A DNA stretch of 64,000 nt from an uncultured delta proteobacterium (GTDB taxonomy: Bacteria > Desulfobacterota > Binatia > DP-6): assembly GCA_963815115.1 (NCBI GenBank), contig CAWFFN010000009.1, positions 928,001 through 992,000 of the forward strand. The letters are read 5' to 3'. Positions 26,725-36,192 of the stretch are shown here, piece by piece (the stretch's first letter is position 1; each line of letters begins with the position of its first letter). Below the pieces are notes generated by a model. It did not search any database and was not told the DNA's origin. It was given only the letters and a program-made list of their open reading frames with translations. The position numbers were made by a program, and so were the translations under genes.

Positions 26725-27652
26725 ATGCCGTTCGACTCGATCTTCCGGCCCGGTCTCTTCGCCGGGCTGACCCACATCGTCACCGGCGTCGGGCAGCGGG
26801 ATCGGCCGCTGCACGGCGCACGAGCTGGCGAGCCTCGGCGCCACCGTGGTGCTGGTCGGCCGCAAGGTCGACAAGCTCGAGCGGGTTGGCGACGAGATCG
26901 CCGCCGCGGGCGGCGCGGCGCATGCGATTCCGTGCGACATCCGCGAGGAGTCGCAGGTCCAGGACATGGTCGGCGCCGTTCTCGAGCGCACCGGCCGGAT
27001 CGACGGGCTGGTCAACAACGCGGGCGGCCAGTTCGCGGCGCCGCTGGCGAGCATCAGCGGCAAGGGCTGGGAGACCGTCGTGCGGACCAACCTGACGGGC
27101 GGCTTCCTGTGCGCGCGCGAGTGCTACACCCAGTGGATGTGCGAGCACGGCGGCGCCGTCGTGAACATCGTCGCCGACATGTGGGGGAGCATGCCCGGCA
27201 TGGGACACTCGGGCGCGGCGCGCGCCGGCATGGTGAGCTTCACGGAGACGGCGGCGGTCGAGTGGGCCGTGTCGGGCGTGCGTGTGAACGCGGTGGCACC
27301 GGGGTGGATCGCGTCGTCGGGGCTCGACACGTACCCGGAGTGGATGCACCGCTTCCTCCGGCTGCTGGCGCTCGCCGTGCCGCTGCAGCGGCTCGGCACC
27401 GAGTCGGAGGTGTCCGCGGCGATCTGCTTCCTGCTCTCGCCGGCCGCTGCGTTCGTCTCCGGGATCGTGCTGCGCGTCGACGGCGCGGCGCCCAATGCCA
27501 AGCTCGCCTCGCCGCTGTCGGCCATGGCGGCCGACGCCGAGCGCGCCGCCGCCGAGGGGCGTCAGCCCTGGCCGCTGCCGGCACACGATCGCTCGCGACC
27601 CTGGAGCGGCTTTCATCTGGCGGAAACGCCGCGCGTCTTCCGCGATCGTTGA
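26725..27652 (+). pseudogene. atuB: SDR oxidoreductase, citronellol/citronellal dehydrogenase AtuB-like, with an apparent 1-nt insertion near 26788-26793
   Basis: MPFDSIFRPGLFAG..IVTG, then after one extra base GSGIGRCTAHELASLGA. Also LVNNAGGQF, DMWGSMPGMGHSGAARAGM and VAPGWIASSG. Could be an assembly error. Confidence 0.8.
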
Positions 27653-27676
27653 CCCGTCCGGAGCGGCCGCCGCTGC

Positions 27677-28612
27677 TCAGCGCGGCGTCGCCTGGATGTC
27701 GAGGACGATCGCCTGCAGGCAGAGCTGGAAGCCGACCACGAGCGCGAGCAGGCAGAGGATGATGCTGCCGGTCGGCGTGGGCATCCCGGTCTCGTAGCCC
27801 CGCGTCCAGAGATAGCCTCCGAACAGCGCGCCGAAGGCGAGGCTGGCCAGGCCCACGAACAGGAAGAGCGCGATCGGCGAGAAATCGCGCAGCACGTACT
27901 TCTCGACGATGCGGTGGAAGAACCGGCGCACGAGCAGCAGCGGGAAGGTGGAGAGCACCGCCGGGATGCTCAGGTTGGAGCGCTCGGAATTGTAGACCGG
28001 CGGCATCGCCACGTCGGCGACGCGCAGGTTGTGGATGTTCAGCGCCACCAGCATGTCGTTCTCGAAGAAGAACCCGGCGTGCAGCCGATCGAGCGACAGG
28101 ATGCGCAGCGCGTCCGCACGGACGGCGGTGTAGCCGTTCTGCGGGTCGAAGACGTTCCAGTAGCCCGACGCCAGCTTGGTGAGGAAGGTGAGGGTCACGT
28201 TGCCCAGGATGCGCTCGAACGGCATGCGGTGCACGAGCTCGGCGTGCAGGAAGCGATTGCCCTTGGCATAGTCCGCGCCGCGCTCGACGATCGCGTCGAG
28301 CAGCGCCGGCAGCGCATCGGGTGGCATCTGCCCGTCGCCGTCCATCTTGACGACGACCTCGGCGCCGGCCGCGAGCGCGGCACGGTAGCCCACCACGGTG
28401 GCGCCCCCGACGCCGAGGTTGCGCGGCGTGCGCAGGAGAGCGACGCGTGGCTCGCCGAGCGTCTCGACGACGCGCGCCGTGCCGTCCGTGCTGCAATCGT
28501 CCACCACGAAGATGCGATCGACGAAGGCCGGCATCGTCCTGATGACCTCGCCGACGAGCGCCTCCTCGTTGAATGCCGGGACGACGACGTGGATGGTGGC
28601 GTTCTTGTACAC
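27677..28612 (-). CDS. Glycosyltransferase family 2 (polyprenol-phosphate GT-like) with C-terminal TM helices
   Basis: VVVPAFNEE, VVDDCSTDGT, KMDGDGQM, DPQNGYTA. Confidence 0.92.
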   Translation of the reverse strand: MYKNATIHVVVPAFNEEALVGEVIRTMPAFVDRIFVVDDCSTDGTARVVETLGEPRVALLRTPRNLGVGGATVVGYRAALAAGAEVVVKMDGDGQMPPDALPALLDAIVERGADYAKGNRFLHAELVHRMPFERILGNVTLTFLTKLASGYWNVFDPQNGYTAVRADALRILSLDRLHAGFFFENDMLVALNIHNLRVADVAMPPVYNSERSNLSIPAVLSTFPLLLVRRFFHRIVEKYVLRDFSPIALFLFVGLASLAFGALFGGYLWTRGYETGMPTPTGSIILCLLALVVGFQLCLQAIVLDIQATPR

Positions 28613-28613
28613 G

Positions 28614-29480
28614 TCAGCAGGGAGGAAGATGTCCCTCGGCCGCGAGCACCTCGCGCATCGGCCGGGAGCGGAGGCGGCGCAGGAGCCGCTCGAGCTTCCG
28701 AGGGACGCCCGCGAGGCCGGTGTAGGTGATGAAGGAGGCGCTGCCGCGCAGCGGCAGGCGCGTCGCCTCCGGCGTGCACTCGCGCGGGTGGAGGTAGAGG
28801 GCGACCGGACGCCGGCGCTGGATGGAGGCGAGGGCGACCTGGAAGAGCGGGAAGGGCAGGGCGCGCAGGTAGAAGCCGCCGGCGACCGGCAGCCGCAGCG
28901 GACCGGCGGCGCAGACGGCGACGGGGAACTCCACCAGCCGGCCCGCGGGGTCGTGACGGCTCAGATCGTCGCGGGCGGGCCGGTAGATGCCCACGGGCGC
29001 GCCGGGCACGCCGTAGAGCTTCACCCGGGCGGGGAAGATGCTCGAGTCGTACGCGTAGCCGTGCTCGCGGAGCACGTCGAGCGCCCACGCCGTCGTGCGG
29101 TCGAGGCTGAAGGACGGGGCGCGATAGCCGACGACCGGGAAGTGCCCGAGCACGCCCTCGACGAGACGCCGGAACTCGTCGAGCTGGCGGGAGAGCGCGT
29201 CGCGGTCGAGCCGCCAGAGCGGGCTGTGGTCCATGCCGTGGCTCGCCACCTCGTGGCCGTCGTCGACGATCCGCCGGAGCAGCCCGGGATGCTCGCGTAC
29301 CACGTCGCCCAGCACGAAGAAGGTGGCGCGCGAGCCGCTGCCACGCAGCAGGTCCAGGATCCGTGACGTCCCGCGCTCGACGACCGAGTCCGCGTGCGCT
29401 CCCCGCTCGCGCTCGGGCACGAACTCGGAGTGGAACCAGTCCTCGATGTCGAAGGAGAAGGCGGCGGCGTGGGCTGACAT
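28614..29480 (-). CDS. Polysaccharide deacetylase (DUF3473-type, PEP-CTERM-locus subfamily)
   Basis: SFDIEDWFH, ATFFVLG, GHEVASHGMDH, GYRAPSFS, YDSSIFP, AGGFYLRALP, YLHPRE. Confidence 0.92.
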   Translation of the reverse strand: MSAHAAAFSFDIEDWFHSEFVPERERGAHADSVVERGTSRILDLLRGSGSRATFFVLGDVVREHPGLLRRIVDDGHEVASHGMDHSPLWRLDRDALSRQLDEFRRLVEGVLGHFPVVGYRAPSFSLDRTTAWALDVLREHGYAYDSSIFPARVKLYGVPGAPVGIYRPARDDLSRHDPAGRLVEFPVAVCAAGPLRLPVAGGFYLRALPFPLFQVALASIQRRRPVALYLHPRECTPEATRLPLRGSASFITYTGLAGVPRKLERLLRRLRSRPMREVLAAEGHLPPC

Positions 29481-29594
29481 GCGGCAAGCGCCGGCGAGCG
29501 ACGCCGCGCCCCGGTAGCACGGCACGCGCGCCGCGCTCAATCCCTTCGGTCCACGCTGGCGGCCCGACGCGCGCCTGTGTCAGGCTGTCGGTGC

Positions 29595-30443
29595 ATGACG
29601 GGCCGGCGGACGGAGCGCGACGGGGGAGCGGCGCCGGCGCGCGGCTGGCTGGAGCGGGTCCGCGACCGGCTGATCGACCCCAGCGTGCGAGGCGTGGATC
29701 CCGACTCGCCTGCCTTCGCCGAGGCGAACCGGCGTGTGCTGCAGGACAAGCCGATGCTCCGCCGGCTCTTCGAGCGCGTCTATGGCGAATGCCGCGCGGC
29801 CGACGAGCGTTTCTTCGCTGGCTGCCCCGGCCGCCGCGTGGAGATCGGCAGCGGGTCCAGCTTCATCGGCGAGGTCTACCCCGACGTGCTCACGAGCGAC
29901 GTGAAGCCGCTCACCTTCGTCGACCTCGTGCTGCGCGCCGAAGCGTTGCCCTTCCGGGACCGGAGCCTGCGCGCCGTCTACGGGATCAACGTGCTGCATC
30001 ACCTGCCACGTCCCCGCGACTTCTTCCGCGAGCTCGAGCGCGCGCTCCACCCCGGGGGCGGGGCGATCTTCATCGAGCCGTTCCACGGCCCGCTGGCGCG
30101 CTGGCTGTTCACGCGCCTGCACGCGGCCGAGACCTTCGACGCCAGCGCGCCGGACTGGGAGGCGCGTGGCCACACCGGGCCCGCGAGCGGCGCCAACCAG
30201 GCCCTGTCGTACATCATCTTCACGCGCGACCGCGTCCGCTTCGAGCGCGAGTTCCCCGCCCTGGAGCTGATGGTGGACCGCCCGCACACCCACCTGCTGT
30301 ACCTGCTCAGCGGCGGTGTCAGCTTCCGCCAGCTCGCGCCTGCCGGGGCGACCTCGCTGATCGCATCGCTGGAACGCGCGCTCTCGCCGCTCGACCGCTG
30401 GATCGCGCTCCAGCACACGCTGGTGCTGCGCCGGCGCGCCTGA
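29595..30443 (+). CDS. Class I SAM-dependent methyltransferase
   Basis: VEIGSGS, AEALPF, NVLHHL, LHPGG...IEP. Confidence 0.85.
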   Translation: MTGRRTERDGGAAPARGWLERVRDRLIDPSVRGVDPDSPAFAEANRRVLQDKPMLRRLFERVYGECRAADERFFAGCPGRRVEIGSGSSFIGEVYPDVLTSDVKPLTFVDLVLRAEALPFRDRSLRAVYGINVLHHLPRPRDFFRELERALHPGGGAIFIEPFHGPLARWLFTRLHAAETFDASAPDWEARGHTGPASGANQALSYIIFTRDRVRFEREFPALELMVDRPHTHLLYLLSGGVSFRQLAPAGATSLIASLERALSPLDRWIALQHTLVLRRRA

Positions 30444-30452
30444 CCGGTCGGC

Positions 30453-30959
30453 TCACGCCTCGTCGAGACGGCGCACGACACGAGCGGGAACGCCAGCCAC
30501 GAGCGTCCCGGGCGGCACGTCGTGCGTGACGACGGCGCCCGCCGCGACCACCGCCCGCTCGCCCACCGTCACGCCGGGCAGGATCATGCAGCCCGCGCCC
30601 AGGTAGCATCCGCGCCGGAGCAGGACCGGCGCCACGGTTCCGTCGCCCGCGCCCGCCTCCACGCGATCGAGGCGCTTGGCGTCGTCGTGCACCACCACGG
30701 TCACGCGAAACGACACCGTGACCTCGTCCTCGATCGTGATCAGCTCGGGGAACTGGCAGTCGAGGTAGGCGTCCAGGCCGATGAAGACGTGCCGGCCGAC
30801 GTGCACTCCCATGAGCGCGTAGAGCCGCCGTCGCAGTCCGGTCGCGATGCAGCGGCGCGCCCAGATGTGGAGCCGCTTCTGGACGTAGGTGCGCAGCAGC
30901 GTGCGGGGCGCGATCTCGCGCTCGTACTGCCGCCGGGCGACGCGCCGATCGATCGCCAT
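30453..30959 (-). CDS. Hexapeptide-repeat acyltransferase (sugar O-acetyltransferase-like)
   Basis: YLGAGCMILPGVTVGERAVVAAGAVVTHDVPPGTLVAGVPAR. Confidence 0.9.
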   Translation of the reverse strand: MAIDRRVARRQYEREIAPRTLLRTYVQKRLHIWARRCIATGLRRRLYALMGVHVGRHVFIGLDAYLDCQFPELITIEDEVTVSFRVTVVVHDDAKRLDRVEAGAGDGTVAPVLLRRGCYLGAGCMILPGVTVGERAVVAAGAVVTHDVPPGTLVAGVPARVVRRLDEA

Positions 30960-30962
30960 GCC

Positions 30963-31988
30963 TTAGAGCAGCTCGGGGAAGCGGCGGCGGATGGGCTCGC
31001 CGAGGACGCGGGCGACGGGGAGCGGCAGTCGCTTCCAGAGCCGGACGGCGAGCCCCATGCGGTTCCGCTGGGAGGCGAAGCTCGGCACCTCGGCCGCTTC
31101 CCGGAGGAGATATTGATAGTACAGCGGCACGGCGCGTGCACCCCACTGCTCCTTGAAGCGATACGTGCCCGTGTCCAGCTGGCTGCGGCCGAAGTCGAAC
31201 GCGTGCAGGCCGCGCCGGAGCGCCTCCTGGAGCGCCTCCCAGTAGAGCATCTGGTTCGGGCAGCGCTCGAAGTGGCGGCGGAGCGACGACGCCCACAGGT
31301 CCATGGCGCAGCCGCGGTGAACGGCGAGGAACATGCCGCCGACCGGCTCGTTCCCCAGCGCGATCACGAGGAGGACCGCGCGCTCGCCGAGCGCCTCGAG
31401 CGCGCGACGGAACCAGGACTCGGCGCGCATGGGCGTTCCGAGATCGCGCATGTTCTCCAGCATCACCCGGCAGAAGGCGCCGATGTGCTCCGGGCCCCAG
31501 CGCACGGTGAAGCCCGCGCGCTGCGCCTTGCGAATCTGGTTGCGCAGCTTGGCATCGAAGGCCCGCCACTGGGCCTCCGCATCACCGGCGAGCTCGAGCA
31601 CGTGGGTGCAGTGCTCGGTGCTGGTCGCGAGATCGGGCCAGCGGACCCGCTGGTCGCGCAGCTCGAGGTACTCGACGCGCTCGCGCCCGACCAGGTCGCG
31701 GGCCGCCACCAGCAGGGCGTTCGCAGCGTCGGCGCTGGCCGCGAGCATTCCCCCCGGCGCCGAGAACAGCACCGGAAGGCGGCCGAACCGCCGCCTCTCG
31801 AACAGCGGCAGGATTCCACGCACGACTCCCGCATCCTCCGCCAGCCACGCGCGCCGTACCACGCCATACGTGGCCGCGGTGAGGTCGAGCCACGCCGCCA
31901 GCTGCGCCGGGTGCGAGCCCTCGCTGGCGAGGACGAACCGGTCCCACGACTGGCGATCGGCATCCGTATAGGATCGGACAGAGAGCAC
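30963..31988 (-). CDS. FemAB-related GNAT protein (PEP-CTERM/XrtA polysaccharide-locus type)
   Basis: WDRFV, GILPLF, YLELR, KLRNQIRKAQR, NMRDLGTP, PNQMLYWE, FDFGRS, FKEQWGA. Start approximate. Confidence 0.88.
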   Translation of the reverse strand: MLSVRSYTDADRQSWDRFVLASEGSHPAQLAAWLDLTAATYGVVRRAWLAEDAGVVRGILPLFERRRFGRLPVLFSAPGGMLAASADAANALLVAARDLVGRERVEYLELRDQRVRWPDLATSTEHCTHVLELAGDAEAQWRAFDAKLRNQIRKAQRAGFTVRWGPEHIGAFCRVMLENMRDLGTPMRAESWFRRALEALGERAVLLVIALGNEPVGGMFLAVHRGCAMDLWASSLRRHFERCPNQMLYWEALQEALRRGLHAFDFGRSQLDTGTYRFKEQWGARAVPLYYQYLLREAAEVPSFASQRNRMGLAVRLWKRLPLPVARVLGEPIRRRFPELL

Positions 31989-32157
31989 GCTCGGGAGCCC
32001 ACGGCGAGCAACGGCCGGGGGGGCCGTCGGGCGCTCCGGTGTGTAGCGGAGCGGCCCGCGGGGGATCAAGCGCCGCGGGACGAGCGTCGCCCGGGTCGGC
32101 GGCGTCCGTCGAGCTTGTGGTCGCTCCCCGGGTGGACTACGTGGGTCTGCCCGCCCC

Positions 32158-33051
32158 ATGAACGTCCTCGTCACGGGAGCCTCGGGCTTCATCGGTCGCC
32201 GGCTCGTCGCCCGGCTGCTGCGTGCCGGGTGCTCCGTCACCGCCTTCGTCCGCTCCGCCGGATCGCTCGCCGATCTGCGCGGCGACGGCCTCACCCTGGC
32301 CTACGGCGCGGTGGAGGACCGAGGCGCCGTCGAGCGCGCCGCGGCCGGTTGCGACGTCGTCGTGCACCTCGCCGCCGCGTCCGGGGTAGTCGACGAGGCC
32401 CGCGTCTTCGCCGTCAATGTCGGCGGGACCGAGAACGTCCTCGCCGCGACCCGCGCTGGCGGGGCACGGCGCATCGTCTTCACGTCGACGGTGTCCGCTG
32501 CCCGCGAGCGTCTCGGTCCCTACGGGCACTCCAAGCGCCTCGCCGAGGAGCGCGTGCGGGCGGCCGGCATGCCGTTCGTCATCCTGCGGCCGTCGCTCGT
32601 CTACGGCGGCCGCGAGACCGGCCTGGTCGCTGCGCTGGCGCGCTGGCTTCGTTCGCTTCCGGTCATGCCGGTCATCGGCGACGGCCGCATCGAGATCGAC
32701 CCCGTGCACATCGACGATCTGTGCGGCGTGATCGAGGCATGTCTGGTTCGCGACGACGTGCTCGGGCGCACGTACGACGTCCTCGGTCCCGATCGCGTCA
32801 CGCTCGACGAGTTCCTCCGCCGGCTGGGCAGCGTCCTGGGCGTACGGCGCGCGCTCGTCCATCTGCCCGCGCGTCCGTCCCTCCTCCTGGCCCGTGTGCT
32901 CTCCGCCGTGATGGCTCGTCCGCCGATCACCGTGGACAACGTGCTCGGCTTGATCTCTCCGGCGCGCGTCGATCGAGACGCCGCCGCCCGCGACTTCCCG
33001 ATCGCCTGGACGCCGCTCGACGTCGGCCTGCGGGCGCTCGTCAGCCGGTGA
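32158..33051 (+). CDS. NAD-dependent epimerase/dehydratase (extended SDR)
   Basis: VLVTGASGFIG, VVHLAA, YGHSK, ILRPSLVYG. Confidence 0.9.
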   Translation: MNVLVTGASGFIGRRLVARLLRAGCSVTAFVRSAGSLADLRGDGLTLAYGAVEDRGAVERAAAGCDVVVHLAAASGVVDEARVFAVNVGGTENVLAATRAGGARRIVFTSTVSAARERLGPYGHSKRLAEERVRAAGMPFVILRPSLVYGGRETGLVAALARWLRSLPVMPVIGDGRIEIDPVHIDDLCGVIEACLVRDDVLGRTYDVLGPDRVTLDEFLRRLGSVLGVRRALVHLPARPSLLLARVLSAVMARPPITVDNVLGLISPARVDRDAAARDFPIAWTPLDVGLRALVSR

Positions 33052-33079
33052 GCCCGCGCCGCGCCTGGCTGCTGAAGCC

Positions 33080-34165
33080 ATGCTCGACCTCATAGCCGCT
33101 GCCCCGGAGCTCGAGCCCGAGGTGGGCCCGCTGCGCCCCGTGCGGGTGGCGATCGTCGGGCTCGGGCGCATGGGGCTGGTGCACGCCGCCGTGCTCTCGA
33201 TGCTGCCCGGCGTGGCGCTGGTCGGTGCCGTCGACAGTCAGCCGGGCGCGGCGCGACGGCTCCACGGCGTGGGCTTCCGCGTCCCCGTGTGGCGCACGCT
33301 CGACGAGCTGCTCTCCCGGGGGGCGGTGGACACGGTCTGGGTCTGCACGCCGCCGGATTCGCACCTGGCGGTGACGCGCCGCTGCCTCGAGGCGGGCGCC
33401 GGGGTCTTCGTCGAGAAGCCGCTCGCGCACTCGCTCGACGACGCGCGCGCGCTCGCGTCGCTGGCGGGCGGCTCCGGTCCTCCCGTCGCGTGCGGCTACA
33501 CGCTCGCCTTCTGGCCGAGCTTCGTGGCGGCGCGCCAGCTGTTGCGGGCCGGCGCGATCGGGTCACCCGCCCGGGCGACGTCGTCCATGTTCCTGTCGCA
33601 GGTGACGGGCCCGGCGCGTGGCTGGATGTACGAGCGCGCCCGGTCCGGCGGCGGGGTCGTGGCGAATCTCTCCTCGCACCTGCTCTTCCTGCTCGCGTGG
33701 TACTTCGGCGTGCCCACGGCGGTGCGCGCCACCTGGACGCAGGTGCACACGGCCGTCGAGGACGACCTGCGGGCCACGCTCGTCACCCCGGGTTGCCCCG
33801 AGGTCGCTTTCGAATCGTCGTGGTGTCTCCCCGGCTACCCGATCTCGGCGACCGCGATCACGGTCGAGGGAGCGAACGGCACGCTGCGCGCCGACAACGA
33901 CGGCGTGGAGGTGGAGCTGCGCGCCCCGTGCGCCGGCCTCGATGCCGGCCGGACGACGATGCGCGCGGCCGATCTGCCGCAGCCGGCGCGATTCTGGTTC
34001 AACGGGGAGGCCTACGCGCTCGAGGACGCGCACGTCCTGCGCTGGGCGACGGGAGGCCCGGCCCCGGTCATCACGGCTGCGGCAGCACTGGACGTGCAAC
34101 GCGTCATCGACGCGCTCTACTCGTCCGCCGCCTCGGGCGGCGACACGGTCGCGGTGCCGGCGTGA
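33080..34165 (+). CDS. Gfo/Idh/MocA-family oxidoreductase
   Basis: VAIVGLGRMG, VCTPPDSH, VFVEKPLA, SGGGVV. Confidence 0.9.
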   Translation: MLDLIAAAPELEPEVGPLRPVRVAIVGLGRMGLVHAAVLSMLPGVALVGAVDSQPGAARRLHGVGFRVPVWRTLDELLSRGAVDTVWVCTPPDSHLAVTRRCLEAGAGVFVEKPLAHSLDDARALASLAGGSGPPVACGYTLAFWPSFVAARQLLRAGAIGSPARATSSMFLSQVTGPARGWMYERARSGGGVVANLSSHLLFLLAWYFGVPTAVRATWTQVHTAVEDDLRATLVTPGCPEVAFESSWCLPGYPISATAITVEGANGTLRADNDGVEVELRAPCAGLDAGRTTMRAADLPQPARFWFNGEAYALEDAHVLRWATGGPAPVITAAAALDVQRVIDALYSSAASGGDTVAVPA

Positions 34166-34968
34166 GCATCCGGCGCTCGGGGCCGCCTGCTCTGCTCGTC
34201 TCGCTCGACTCCACCGACGCGAGCCGATCGCTCGACCCGCGCGACGCGCTGGATCGAGCGCGCGCGGCGCTGGACGGGGCGGCGGGCGTCGTGCTCGTGC
34301 GGCCCTCGACCGCGTCGCGTGAAGTCCTCGAGCGACTCCCGCCCGGCGTTGCGCTCGCGGCCGTCCTTCCGGACATGCCACAGCTCGCTCGCGAGGTGGC
34401 GGACCGTGGCGCGATCGCCGCAGCGCTGGGTCGTCTCCGACGCGGCGGGTTCGCCCCGTCGCTGCGGCTGGCCGACACGGTGCTCCGCAATCTCCCGGCC
34501 GTGGCACGGCAGGACTTCCGCGGCCTCGTCCCCGTGCTGATGGCGCTCGACCGAGCCGCCCTGGGCACGGCCGCGCTGCAGGCGGTCGTCCTGGCCGCGC
34601 CGCTCACCGACCTGCTGCTGGCCGCCGGCCATCGTGCCTGCCTCGCGCATGTCGTGGGCTTCGTACGGCGTCGCATGGGGACGCAGGCGGGTCTCGAGAC
34701 GCTCAACCTCGGGCATCTCCTGCCGCGCCTCGACGCCTGGGGCGTCGCGCCCGACTTCGTGATCGGTCCGGTCAACCCCCGCGGCTTCCGGATGAAACCC
34801 ACCCCCGGGTCGGTGATCGCGGCGCTGCGGGCTTCGCCGACGCCCGTGGTCGCCAGCGAGGTCACCGCGGGGGGCGCCGTCCCGCTCGCCGCCGGGCTGG
34901 ACCATGCCCGGGCCGTCGGCGCCGCCGGCGTGCTCGTGACGCTCGACGATCTCGCTCCGGCTCGCTAA
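34162..34968 (+). CDS. Hypothetical protein (possible degenerate alpha/beta barrel)
   Basis: GTG overlaps the upstream stop and the ORF fills the gap to the next gene. Motif VIGPVNPRGFRMKP. Confidence 0.65.
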   Translation: MSIRRSGPPALLVSLDSTDASRSLDPRDALDRARAALDGAAGVVLVRPSTASREVLERLPPGVALAAVLPDMPQLAREVADRGAIAAALGRLRRGGFAPSLRLADTVLRNLPAVARQDFRGLVPVLMALDRAALGTAALQAVVLAAPLTDLLLAAGHRACLAHVVGFVRRRMGTQAGLETLNLGHLLPRLDAWGVAPDFVIGPVNPRGFRMKPTPGSVIAALRASPTPVVASEVTAGGAVPLAAGLDHARAVGAAGVLVTLDDLAPAR

Positions 34969-34978
34969 GGTCCGCCCC

Positions 34979-36121
34979 ATGACCGATCTGTTCGGCAGCC
35001 CGGAGCACCAGCTCTTCCGGCGCACGGTGCGGAAGTTCGTGCAGGAGGAGCTCAAGCCGCGCGCACGAGAATTCGACGACGCCGGCCGCATCGACAAGTC
35101 GCTGTACCGCACCATGGGCGAGCTCGGCATGCTCGGCCTGCGCTACGATCCCACGTGGGGCGGCGCCGGGCTCGACTGGAGCTACACGGCGGTGCTGTTC
35201 GACGAGGTCGGACGCTGCGACAACGCCGGCGTGGCCATGGGCATCACCGTGCAGACCGACATGGCCACGCCTTCCCTCCACCAGTTCGGCACCGACGAGC
35301 TGCGGCGGCGCTACCTGGTGCCGGCGATCAAGGGCGAGATGGTGGCCGCCATCGCGGTCACCGAGCCGGACGCGGGCTCGGACGTGGCGTCCATCAAGAC
35401 GCGGGCGGTGCGCGACGGGGATCAGTGGGTGATCAACGGCAGCAAGATCTACATCACGAACGCCGCCACCGCCGACTGGCTCTGCCTGCTCGCCGTCACC
35501 GACCCGGCGGCCGGCTACGGCGGGTTCTCCCAGATCGTGGTGCCGACCGACTCGCCCGGGCTGTCCTACCAGCTCCTCGACAAGATCGGGAACTGGGGGT
35601 CGGACACGGGGCTGTTCTTCCTCGAGAACGTGCGCGTGCCGGTGGCGAACACCATCGGCGACATCGGGCGCGGATTCCAGCAGCAGATGATGCAGTTCCA
35701 GGACGAGCGCCTGGTTGCCTGCGTGAGCTCGATCGCGGGCGCAGAGGAGCTCTGGGAGGCGACGCGCCGGTACTGCGAGGAGCGCATCGTCTTCAAGAAG
35801 CCGCTCTCCAAGATGCAGGTGACGCAGTTCAAGTTCGTCGAGATGCTGACGCAGATCACGGCGGCGAAGGAGCTGACCAACCTCTGCGTCCGCAAGCGGG
35901 TCGCGGGAGAGGACGCCACCAAGGAGATCTCGATGGCGAAGCTCTTCTGCGGCCGCACGGTGCGCTTCGTCGCCGACACCTGCATCCAGCTGCACGGCGG
36001 CTTCGGCTACATGAAGGAGAGCGTCGCGGGGCGCGCCTTCGTCGACACCCGGCTCATCTCGATCGGCGGCGGCGCCGACGAGGTCATGATCCACTACCTC
36101 GCCAAGATGCTCGGATTCTGA
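34979..36121 (+). CDS. atuD: Acyl-CoA dehydrogenase, citronellyl-CoA dehydrogenase AtuD-like
   Basis: VQTDMATPSLHQFG, VTEPDAGSDVA, INGSKIYITN, QMMQFQDERL, SIGGGADEVM. The VQTDM and QFQ.ERL motifs are typical of AtuD. Confidence 0.8.
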   Translation: MTDLFGSPEHQLFRRTVRKFVQEELKPRAREFDDAGRIDKSLYRTMGELGMLGLRYDPTWGGAGLDWSYTAVLFDEVGRCDNAGVAMGITVQTDMATPSLHQFGTDELRRRYLVPAIKGEMVAAIAVTEPDAGSDVASIKTRAVRDGDQWVINGSKIYITNAATADWLCLLAVTDPAAGYGGFSQIVVPTDSPGLSYQLLDKIGNWGSDTGLFFLENVRVPVANTIGDIGRGFQQQMMQFQDERLVACVSSIAGAEELWEATRRYCEERIVFKKPLSKMQVTQFKFVEMLTQITAAKELTNLCVRKRVAGEDATKEISMAKLFCGRTVRFVADTCIQLHGGFGYMKESVAGRAFVDTRLISIGGGADEVMIHYLAKMLGF

Positions 36122-36192
36122 CCCCATCGGCAGGTTGCAGCATGCGTATGGCCTTGCCCCCGAGGGCACGGTGCCGGTACTGATCCCCGGCG

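Noticed and set aside
24304-27762. 1152-aa + strand ORF
   Set aside because: Shadow of the lipase gene. Only 26725-26790 is real coding sequence (atuB N-terminus).
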